42,342 nt of DNA from Thermoanaerobaculia bacterium (GCA_041575955.1 JBFGLX010000002.1:1-42342); one strand, 5' to 3'. Shown: positions 27,962 through 35,175, counted from the stretch's first letter. Made by a program: numbers and translations. The notes: generated by a model from the sequence alone, not told the origin.

Positions 27962-29353
27962 ATGATACCTCGCTTTCGCCAGAAACCAACCTGGGCGACC
28001 CTGGCCCTCGCGCTGCTCCTGATCTGGGCGCCGCTGCCGTTCGCCAGCGTCACCCCGGCCGGGCTGCTGGCGCTGCGCGTCGGCAGCTTCGCGGTGCTGG
28101 CGTTGGCGCTCTGGAGCGAAGGCGCCGACCTCCGGGGCCGCGGGATCGCGGCGCCGGTCGGCGCCCTGCTGACGATCGCCGCGATCGGCGTGCTCCAGGC
28201 GCTGCCGCTACCAGCCGAGGTGGTCGGGGTGCTGTCGCCGGAGCGGCTCGAGCTCGCCGCCGACGCGACGGCCGGGAGCGGCGCGCCGGCTTCGCTGTCG
28301 CTCTCGCTGGCGCCATCGCAGTCGCTGTCGACCGGGCTGACCTTCGTGGCTGTCGCCGCTGCGTTCGTCGCCGGCGCGCTCCTGGGCGGCGACCGCCAGG
28401 GTCGACGCTGGCTGCTCGGCTCGATCCTGGCGGCGGCTCTCTTTCAGCTGCTCTACGGTTTCCGGCATGTAGCGGCCGGATCGAGGTCGGTTTGGGGGGT
28501 CGAGGTGGCCCGCGAGGCATCGCGCCTGCGCGGCACGTTCGTCAATCCCGCACACGTCGCGCCCTACCTGGAGATGGCGCTGGCACTGGGCTTTGCGCTG
28601 GCGTGGTGGGCGCTCCGGCGGGCGCAGCGGAGCGAGCCGAGATGGGAATGGCGCCTGGCGCTGGCGATCGGGCCGATGCTGGTGTGGCTGGCCCTCTTCG
28701 CGGGCGTGGCGCTCACGCGGTCGCGGGCCGGCCTGCTCGCGGCCGCCGCGGCAACCCTGGTGCAGGGCTTCGTCTTGGCCGCGTACTACCGGCGCTGGCG
28801 CCTGTTGCCGGTCGGCTTGGTGGCGCTGGCCGGCGGCCTCGGTCTGGTGGCCTGGATCGGGCTCGAGAGGGGCCTGGGGCGGCTGCTCGGAACGTCTCTC
28901 CACAGCGTCACCACCAGTGCGAGGCTGGAGGTCTGGAGCGGCACCGCGGAGCTCTGGCGACGCTTTCCGGTCACGGGCATCGGTCTCGGCGGCTTCGAGA
29001 GCGCCTTCCCGATGGTCGAGCGCGAGAGCCTGGCCACCGTCAGCTGGCAGCATGCCCACAACGACTGGCTGGAGCTGCTGGCCACCGGCGGGGCGTTGGC
29101 GGTGATCGTCGCCCTGATCGGACTGGGCTTCCTGATCCGGCGACTCCAAGCCGCTCTGCTCTCGAGCCGCAGTCACGAGGCCGCGGCCGCGGCGGTCGGA
29201 GGCCTCGGAGCGCTAGCCGCGCTCGGCTTTCACGAGCTGCTCGACTTCGGCCTCACGCTGCCAGCCAACTCCTTTACCCTGGCGGTCCTGCTGGGCGTCG
29301 CCGTCGCGGGCGACTCCGGCCTGGCCCCGGTCCGCCCCGACGTCCGGCGCTAG
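27962..29353 (+). CDS. Wzy_C-domain membrane protein (O-antigen ligase / O-oligosaccharyltransferase / polymerase family)
   Basis: The ATG is at 27962. The protein has about 10-12 TM helices and the characteristic loop region ALTRSRAGLLAAAAATL ... GIGLGGFESAF ... HAHNDWLELLATGG. Confidence 0.8.
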   Translation: MIPRFRQKPTWATLALALLLIWAPLPFASVTPAGLLALRVGSFAVLALALWSEGADLRGRGIAAPVGALLTIAAIGVLQALPLPAEVVGVLSPERLELAADATAGSGAPASLSLSLAPSQSLSTGLTFVAVAAAFVAGALLGGDRQGRRWLLGSILAAALFQLLYGFRHVAAGSRSVWGVEVAREASRLRGTFVNPAHVAPYLEMALALGFALAWWALRRAQRSEPRWEWRLALAIGPMLVWLALFAGVALTRSRAGLLAAAAATLVQGFVLAAYYRRWRLLPVGLVALAGGLGLVAWIGLERGLGRLLGTSLHSVTTSARLEVWSGTAELWRRFPVTGIGLGGFESAFPMVERESLATVSWQHAHNDWLELLATGGALAVIVALIGLGFLIRRLQAALLSSRSHEAAAAAVGGLGALAALGFHELLDFGLTLPANSFTLAVLLGVAVAGDSGLAPVRPDVRR

Positions 29354-30991
29354 ACCCATCCGGGCCCCGGCCAGCGCCACCGCGACCGGCCGGACGGTGC
29401 CGCCGGTCTTGACGCGGAGCGTCAGGCGGTGGAGCTCGGGAGAGACCGGCAGCTCGAGATCGAAGGTCGCGGAGGACCGTGGCGACCGCTCGATCGCCAC
29501 CAGACGGCCGTCCCATTCGAGCTCGACCACCACGCCGTAGCGGGGGGCGTCGGTGATCTCGACCGAGAGCCCCGAGGCCGGGGCCGACGGCAGCAGGGTC
29601 AGGGAGAACTCCCGATCGCCGTGCTCCCACGCCGACGCCGGCCAGCTCGACCGGCCCAGCGCATCGAGCTGGGCGTCGGCGTGCCGCGTCGCGTCGGCGT
29701 CGCCCCGCGCGCGAGCGACCTCGCGCGCCGCGATCCAATAGCGCGGCCGGCGATGCCACGCTCTCGACAGCCGCGCCAGGGCGTCGCGGGCAGCACCGTC
29801 GCGGCCGGTGCGGGCGAGGTGCTCGGCCTTGAGCAGGTGGTACCCGGCCCAGGCCTCGCCCATTGCGAAGCGCCGCTCCAGGAGCTCGGCGCGGGGCAGG
29901 TCGCCGGCGATCAGGAACGTCAGCGCGCGCCGATCCGGTGGCGGGTCGGCGGCCAGTCGGGCAAGCCGGCTCAACACCGGCGCCTCGAAGGGACATTCGC
30001 GCAGCAGGCAGAGCTCGAGCGCCCATTCGAGCCAGGTGGCAAAGACATCTGCCGCCGCCTCGCCGACCGGCCCCGGCGGCAGGAGCTCCAGGCTGCGCTG
30101 CAGACGCGGCGCGAAGTCGGCGGCTCGCGGCGTCAGCGCGATCTCCCACAGCAGCCGGTCGCGGGCGCGCTGCCGCTCCCCGCCCTCGAGCTGCGACCGG
30201 ATCTCGTCGAGCGAGCGGTCGAGGTCGGCGCCGAGCGTCTCGTACCACTTTTGTCGGGCCGTGATGTAGAACTCCCAGTCTCTGGCTTCGGTGAAGATCT
30301 CCTGGAGGATTTTCCAGGCCCACGGACGTTCGGGCACCAGCGCCAGCGCCTGGCTGCGAGACGGCGCGACCCGCAGCCAGTCGCGGATGAGCAGCCGGTA
30401 GGTGTCGCGATCGTGAAACGCGCGGCTCATCAGGGCGGTCGCCGCCTCCCGGCGCTCGCCGGTGAGCGACGACCAGTTGCCCAGGTAGGCGGCGGTCAGG
30501 AAGCGGACCGGCCCGGTCTCGACCGGCGCGAGCCGGTGGGCCGCCAGCAGCGGCTCCTCCCAGAGCTCCGGCTCGGCCATCAGCCGCGCGTCGCGCTCGC
30601 GGTAGAGCTGCAGGTAGGTCGCCCCGCCCAGGACCATCGGCGCTTGCCACGACGCCGGGCGCTGCGGCCAGGCGGCCCGCGCGATGGCCGCCGACTCGGA
30701 CAGCCGCTGCGTGCCGCGCTCGACCTCCAGACGTGCCTGCTCGAGGTCGAGCTCCGCCATCCAGGCGCGATCGAGCTCGAGGCTGAGCAGGGCGCGCGCC
30801 ACCCGCAGCTCGGCATCGACCGGGTCGTAACGACGCCGGACCTCGGCGCGCAGCTCGGGGAAGCGCTGGTCCAGGGCGTGACGGTCGATGCGCGCGAGCG
30901 CCCGCTCGCGGCCCGCGACATGGTGCCGGAAGTCGAGTACGGCCAGGGTGATCGCGGACGCGGCCAGCGCGATGAGGACCGGGCGCTTCAA
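29213..30991 (-). CDS. Membrane-anchored protein of unknown function, translationally coupled to the lasso B1 gene
   Basis: 592-aa ORF. The TTG at 30991 overlaps the B1 stop (TTGA). It has an N-terminal TM (RPVLIALAASAITLAVL), a long helical Arg/Ala/Leu/Trp-rich region and a C-terminal beta-rich segment (FSLTLLPSAPASGLSVEITDAPRYGVVVELEWDGRLVAI). I recognised no family motif. Confidence 0.6.
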   Translation of the reverse strand: MKRPVLIALAASAITLAVLDFRHHVAGRERALARIDRHALDQRFPELRAEVRRRYDPVDAELRVARALLSLELDRAWMAELDLEQARLEVERGTQRLSESAAIARAAWPQRPASWQAPMVLGGATYLQLYRERDARLMAEPELWEEPLLAAHRLAPVETGPVRFLTAAYLGNWSSLTGERREAATALMSRAFHDRDTYRLLIRDWLRVAPSRSQALALVPERPWAWKILQEIFTEARDWEFYITARQKWYETLGADLDRSLDEIRSQLEGGERQRARDRLLWEIALTPRAADFAPRLQRSLELLPPGPVGEAAADVFATWLEWALELCLLRECPFEAPVLSRLARLAADPPPDRRALTFLIAGDLPRAELLERRFAMGEAWAGYHLLKAEHLARTGRDGAARDALARLSRAWHRRPRYWIAAREVARARGDADATRHADAQLDALGRSSWPASAWEHGDREFSLTLLPSAPASGLSVEITDAPRYGVVVELEWDGRLVAIERSPRSSATFDLELPVSPELHRLTLRVKTGGTVRPVAVALAGARMGLAPDVGADRGQAGVARDGDAQQDRQGKGVGWQREAEVEQLVKAERG

Positions 30992-31278
30992 GGCCGGCTC
31001 GGGGCGGTCAGGTGGCGGTCGAGGTCCCTGAGCAGCTCCTCGAGATCCCGCCTGGCGGTGTCGCGATCGACCTCGAACGTCTCGATCAGGCGTTGCTCGA
31101 GAAGCGCTCGACGGGTCGCTCCGCCAGCGATCTGATCGAGCACGAACATGCCGGTGCGGTTGAGGCTCAAGACTCTCATGTCGGCCGTGTCGACCACCAC
31201 TCCGCTGCCGTCGGCGAGCGTCTTGTGCCGGTACCGAGCCGAGCCGAGCAGCGCGGAGAGCGCCTCGATCGGTCTCAT
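30988..31278 (-). CDS. PqqD-family RiPP recognition element protein (lasso peptide B1)
   Basis: 96 codons starting at the ATG at 31278, which overlaps the B2 stop (ATGA). The sequence is MRPIEALSALLGSARYRHKTLADGSGVVVDTADMRVLSLNRTGMFVLDQIAGGATRRALLEQRLIETFEVDRDTARRDLEELLRDL. This gives three beta-strands followed by a winged-helix-like pattern, typical of PqqD. Confidence 0.8.
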   Translation of the reverse strand: MRPIEALSALLGSARYRHKTLADGSGVVVDTADMRVLSLNRTGMFVLDQIAGGATRRALLEQRLIETFEVDRDTARRDLEELLRDLDRHLTAPSRP

Positions 31279-31718
31279 CGGGCGCGCTCGAGCGGCAAGG
31301 CCACGACCTCCTCGAAGGCGACGTCGTCCGGCTCGGCCGGCGTCAGCGCCCGATCCGCCACGCTCAACCAGGCGTGGCCGTCGAGCAGGTCTCCGGTCGC
31401 CCACGGGCGGCGAAAGCCGATCCGCACGGCGACCCCGGGCGTGTCCGCCACCAGGGCGCCGGCGACGAGCGAGCGCAGCAGGCAGGTGTCGCGTCGTCCG
31501 GCCAGCAGCCGGCCGAGCCGCGCCGTGCGGGCCGCGGCCCAGACCGCGTCCGCGGGGGCGACCCGCTCGGGCAGGCCTCTCGCCGCCAGCAGCCGGTCGC
31601 GAGTCTCGGTCCAGCCGGCGCCACCGGCCAGGCGCTGGGCCGTCGTATGCAGGCGCCAGGCGCTTGCCAGCAGGTGGGCCCGGTGGAGCAGCCGGCGAAC
31701 GCCACGGTCGTGAGTCAT
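31275..31718 (-). CDS. Lasso peptide biosynthesis B2 protein (transglutaminase-like leader peptidase)
   Basis: 147 aa starting at the ATG at 31718. The catalytic Cys motif is RRDTCLLRSLVAGALV, followed by GVAVRIGF and the His motif LDGHAWLSV. This matches the McjB C-terminal domain (Transglut_core3) pattern. Confidence 0.85.
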   Translation of the reverse strand: MTHDRGVRRLLHRAHLLASAWRLHTTAQRLAGGAGWTETRDRLLAARGLPERVAPADAVWAAARTARLGRLLAGRRDTCLLRSLVAGALVADTPGVAVRIGFRRPWATGDLLDGHAWLSVADRALTPAEPDDVAFEEVVALPLERAR

Positions 31719-31728
31719 CGGACGGATC

Positions 31729-32709
31729 TTACGGCAGCGAGTCGGCGACGGCTGCGAGACATTCCTCGGTCGACTCGAGGAGCGACCGGCCGAGGCGGAG
31801 CTCGATCGCCGGCAGCTCCTCGGCGAAGCGGGTCATGATATCGAACAGCCGGCGACGGCGATCGGCGAAGCGGTCGTCGGTCACGTAGAGCGCGGAGGTG
31901 CCGCGCAACAGAGCGGCGAGCGCCTCGGCCTGGGCGAGCGGCCGTGCCACCGGGCCTTCGCCATCGGACAGGCGCTCGAGCAGGATCAGGCAGTCGGGCT
32001 CGGTCGAAAGCCGGAAGGCCCCTGGAGAGCGTTCACGGTCGATTCGGATGCGTCCATCGGCCGCCTCCTGGCTCGCGAGGCCGCGGGCGTGAAGGGCTGG
32101 CAAAAGCGCTGCCGAGCCCGGACGCAGCCAGAGGCTGCGGCGCGCCGCTCGCACCAGTGGCCGGCGGTCGGCCCGTCCCAGGATCAAGCTGTCGTCGGAG
32201 ATCACCCGGCCGCCGCAGGCCGCCACCGCCGCCGCCACCGTCGACTTGCCCGAGCCGGTGTCGCCGATGAGCAGCAGCCGGCGGCCGCGCAGCTCGACCG
32301 CGGCGGCGTGCAGGAAGCACTCGCCGCCGGCGGCAAGCGCGTCGCCCAGGGCGGCCTCGACCAGCGGCTCGAGGCAGGCCGGCCGCTCGAGCGCGCCGGC
32401 GACGAGCTCGACAGTCGATTCCTCGGTGCCGGGGGAGAGCAGCACCCGGCCGCAGGGGTTGCGCAGCACGCCGGATCCCGCCTCGGGCCGCCACTCGACC
32501 GGTTGAACCGCGTCACCGGCGGCCGGCGGGGGTCCGGCGGCCGCGCGCCACCGAATGAGAAAGGATCCGCCACCGGAGGTCCCGGCCGCGAGCTCGGCCA
32601 TCCATCTGCCGACCAGGAGGTCGGGCACCGCCGACGGCGCGCTCTCGAGCGCCAGGACGCCGGCCAGCGGCGGGAAGCGCAGATACACGATCGAGTCGCC
32701 GGCGTCCAC
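31729..32709 (-). CDS. HPr kinase-like serine kinase (HprK-related, RiPP-associated)
   Basis: 326 aa starting at the GTG at 32709. The P-loop is LLLIGDTGSGKSTVAAAVAACGGRVISDDS. The size and position, next to the B2 and B1 genes, match lasso-associated kinases. Confidence 0.75.
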   Translation of the reverse strand: MDAGDSIVYLRFPPLAGVLALESAPSAVPDLLVGRWMAELAAGTSGGGSFLIRWRAAAGPPPAAGDAVQPVEWRPEAGSGVLRNPCGRVLLSPGTEESTVELVAGALERPACLEPLVEAALGDALAAGGECFLHAAAVELRGRRLLLIGDTGSGKSTVAAAVAACGGRVISDDSLILGRADRRPLVRAARRSLWLRPGSAALLPALHARGLASQEAADGRIRIDRERSPGAFRLSTEPDCLILLERLSDGEGPVARPLAQAEALAALLRGTSALYVTDDRFADRRRRLFDIMTRFAEELPAIELRLGRSLLESTEECLAAVADSLP

Positions 32710-32825
32710 GGCCCGAGTCTACCGACCGCCCGCCGCGCCCGGATGGGGTGCCCGAGCCCTCCGGACGGCGGAAGGAGTCGGGATAGAGTCTCCTTGTCAG
32801 CGGCCGAGCCGTCGACGCCAGCCGG

Positions 32826-34625
32826 ATGAGTGCTATCGCCGCCATCTTCCGCCGCGACCGCGGTCCGGTCTCGGAGAGAGCGCTCGCCGCCCTGGCGGAT
32901 CGTCTCGCCCATCGAGGGCCGGACGGGCGCGACTTGGCGATCGAAGGCGCGGCCGGGATCGCCCACCTGCACGCCTGGGTGACGCCCGAGGAGATCGGCG
33001 AGCGGCAGCCGCTGCGCTCGGGCGGCCGGCTTCTGGCCTTCGACGGCCGGATCGACAACCGCGCCGAGTTGATCACCGCCCTGGAGCTCGAGCGCTCCGA
33101 TCGCTCGCCCTCCGACGCCGAGCTGGCCCTGGCGGCGCACGAGGCGTGGGGAGAGGGGTTCTGCCGCCGGCTCGTCGGTCCCTACGCCCTGGCGCTCCTC
33201 GAGCCCGCCGCCCGGCGCGGGTTCCTGGCCCGCGATCCTCTCGGCGATCGCACCCTCTTTTACGCCGAGCTGGGCGCGGAGATCGTGATCTCGTCGGAGG
33301 AGGCGAGCCTGCTCGGGCATCCGGGCGTCTCCGTGGAGCTCGACGAGTCGCGGTTGGCGCACTACTTCGCGGCCGCCGTGCCGGGCGACGGGTCGACCTT
33401 CTTCCGCGGCGTGACCGAGCTCTTGCCCGGCACCCTGCTGAGAATCGGCGAGGGCCCGGTCACCGCGGAACGGCTCTGGTCGCCGCCGGCGGACGGCCGG
33501 GAAGCGATTCGGGACGGAACCGCACTGGCCGAGGAATACCGCGAGCTTCTGACGCTCGCGGTCGAGAGCCGGCTGCGCTCGCCGGCGCCGGCCGCGGTGC
33601 TGATGAGCGGCGGCCTCGATTCGACTTCGGTCGCCGCGCTGGCGGCCGAGTCGGTCGACCGCCGGGCCGAAGCCCAAAGGCCGCGGTCGATCTCCTGGGT
33701 TTTCGACTCGACCCCCGGCTGCGACGAACGGGAGTTCATCCGGCCGGTGGTCGAGCGGTGGCGCCTGGATGCGCGCGAGTTTCGCGGCGACGAGCTCGGG
33801 CCGCTGCCCGACGGTCGCGAGCTCTGCCTCAACCCCAGCAGCCCGGAGGAGAACCCCTACCGGCGTCTCAAGTCCCGCGCCTACTCCGAAGCGGTGAGCG
33901 CGGGCAGCAGCGTCCTGCTCAGTGGCGGCTCGGCGGACGCCCTCTATACCGGATACGAACGCTGGTTCGCGGATCTGATCGCCGCCGGCAGACCGGTCGC
34001 GGCCGCCGGCGAGCTGCTCGCCGACCTGTGGCGGTTCGGGGCGCGCTCCGGTTTGCGGAGCGCCGGCTTCGGCCGCTGGTGGCGGGCGCTCCGACCACGA
34101 CGCCCGCCACCCGAGTGGCTGACACCTTGGGCGCGGGGGGTGCTCGAGCGCCAGGCGTCGCGGATCGAGCCGGCGGACGCGCGGCTGCTCGCCGCCGCCG
34201 GCCCGCGCCCCGCCCGCGGCATCTCGCTCGAAATCTTCTACGCCGGCCGCTGCGGCGTCGACCTCCGCCATCCGTATCGCGACCTCCGGCTGGTCGAGTT
34301 CATGCTCTCGCTGCCGGCCTGGGAGCTCTATCGAAACGGGAGGTTCAAGGAGATCGCCCGGCGGGCGCTCGTGGGGCTTCTGCCGGAGGCGGTGCGAACG
34401 CGCACCCGGAGGACGTCGCTCACGCCGCTGTTCGATCGGGCGCTGCGCGGACCGAATCGAGCCGCCTGGGAGGGATTGCTCCGGTCGAGCGGCGCGCTCT
34501 GGCCGCGCTTCGTGAGCAGCGCGTGGGTCGAGGCGGCGTTGAATCGATCCGCGGGTCCGGCCGGCGACGTGGCTCTCTGGAACTGCATGAGCTTCGAGCT
34601 CTGGCGCCGCCGCTTCGGCCGCTGA
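32826..34625 (+). CDS. Asparagine synthetase B-like lasso peptide cyclase (C protein)
   Basis: 599 aa starting at the ATG at 32826. The N-terminus MSAIAAIF lacks the catalytic Cys2 of glutamine-hydrolysing AsnB enzymes. The PP-loop is AVLMSGGLDSTSVAAL. The gene is divergent from kinase-B2-B1 and upstream of the precursor. Confidence 0.85.
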   Translation: MSAIAAIFRRDRGPVSERALAALADRLAHRGPDGRDLAIEGAAGIAHLHAWVTPEEIGERQPLRSGGRLLAFDGRIDNRAELITALELERSDRSPSDAELALAAHEAWGEGFCRRLVGPYALALLEPAARRGFLARDPLGDRTLFYAELGAEIVISSEEASLLGHPGVSVELDESRLAHYFAAAVPGDGSTFFRGVTELLPGTLLRIGEGPVTAERLWSPPADGREAIRDGTALAEEYRELLTLAVESRLRSPAPAAVLMSGGLDSTSVAALAAESVDRRAEAQRPRSISWVFDSTPGCDEREFIRPVVERWRLDAREFRGDELGPLPDGRELCLNPSSPEENPYRRLKSRAYSEAVSAGSSVLLSGGSADALYTGYERWFADLIAAGRPVAAAGELLADLWRFGARSGLRSAGFGRWWRALRPRRPPPEWLTPWARGVLERQASRIEPADARLLAAAGPRPARGISLEIFYAGRCGVDLRHPYRDLRLVEFMLSLPAWELYRNGRFKEIARRALVGLLPEAVRTRTRRTSLTPLFDRALRGPNRAAWEGLLRSSGALWPRFVSSAWVEAALNRSAGPAGDVALWNCMSFELWRRRFGR

Positions 34626-34832
34626 GGTCGGAAAGCGCGGCGCGGAACCGGGGGTGCTCGTCTTTTCGACTCGCCGCAATTCTGGCTCTCGAGCCGCTTC
34701 GCGCGCCACGGTTGTGGAGCAGTTCACTGTTTGTCGAGCGCGAGTTCCTAAAAATGGTGAGCAGGGTGCGTTTGTCTTCCGTCAGCAGAGACGTCATGTA
34801 CAATTCCGTTCAGCTTGAAGAGAGAGCTACGT
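34626..34832 (+). promoter_or_regulatory. AT-enriched spacer upstream of the precursor gene; probable promoter / 5' UTR
   Basis: My hand count over 34741-34832 gives about 49% G+C, against visibly much higher flanks. Candidate -10 hexamers are TAAAAT (34749-34754) and TACAAT (34799-34804). Neither has a well-spaced -35 element. A purine-rich GAAGAGAGAG precedes the ATG. Confidence 0.3.
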
Positions 34833-35018
34833 ATGAGACCGATCGACGCCGGCAAGAGCGCGGACGGCCAAGAGCGTCGCGGGCGCCCGCCGCGCCTCCC
34901 CTACGAGAAGCCGGAGATCGTCGAGCGCGGTCGCCTGGTCGAAGTGGCCCTCGGTGGCAGCCCCGGAGCGGGCGACAGCGGCTCCGGCGCGTTCGTCGAA
35001 GACCTCCCGACCGGCTAA
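34833..35018 (+). CDS. Putative lasso peptide precursor (A peptide), 61 aa
   Basis: The sequence is MRPIDAGKSADGQERRGRPPRLPYEKPEIVERGRLVEVALGGSPGAGDSGSGAFVEDLPTG. The leader segment YEKPEIVERGRLVEVAL fits the YxxPxLx3Gx5Tx spacing. The predicted core has Gly1 and Asp8. The gene lies in an AT-enriched spacer after the cyclase. A TTG at 34815 is an alternative start. Confidence 0.7.
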   Translation: MRPIDAGKSADGQERRGRPPRLPYEKPEIVERGRLVEVALGGSPGAGDSGSGAFVEDLPTG

Positions 35019-35056
35019 CCCCACCGGGAGCGACGACCTACCACTAGCAGATGAGT

Positions 35057-35079
35057 GGCCGGGGGCAGTGTGCCCGGCC
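35057..35079 (+). promoter_or_regulatory. Stem-loop between the precursor gene and the adhesin gene
   Basis: GGCCGGG (35057-35063) pairs perfectly with CCCGGCC (35073-35079) around a 9-nt loop. There is no following T-run, so it is not a canonical intrinsic terminator. Confidence 0.35.
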
Positions 35080-35175
35080 CGAGAGAGGAGCAGATTGGTG
35101 TCGAGCGTGTTCCCGGAGTGCAGCAGCTCACGCAGGAGGGCCGGGGCCGGAGAGGTGCCGCGATCGCGACCTGCG

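Noticed and set aside
32826-34625. An alternative reading of the AsnB homologue as an EPS-associated glutamine amidotransferase (WbpS or exosortase-associated amidotransferase type), given the surrounding glycan genes.
   Set aside because: The N-terminus is MSAI rather than MCG, so the glutaminase nucleophile is absent. The gene is flanked by PqqD-like and McjB-like genes and by a small ORF with a lasso leader motif. This remains formally testable by phylogeny.
34420-34803. Minus-strand ORF of 127 aa (MYMTSLLTEDKRTLL...) starting in the AT-rich spacer and running into the cyclase 3' end.
   Set aside because: Only the first ~20 codons lie in the spacer. The remainder is an Arg/Ser/Ala-rich antisense translation of the cyclase gene. 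There is no motif or Shine-Dalgarno sequence.
32202-35047. ORFs 32202..34727(-, 841 aa) and 32555..35047(+, 830 aa), which cover the cyclase region.
   Set aside because: Both are Arg/Pro/Gly-rich shadow frames. The 32826..34625 frame carries the AsnB PP-loop and conserved cyclase features.
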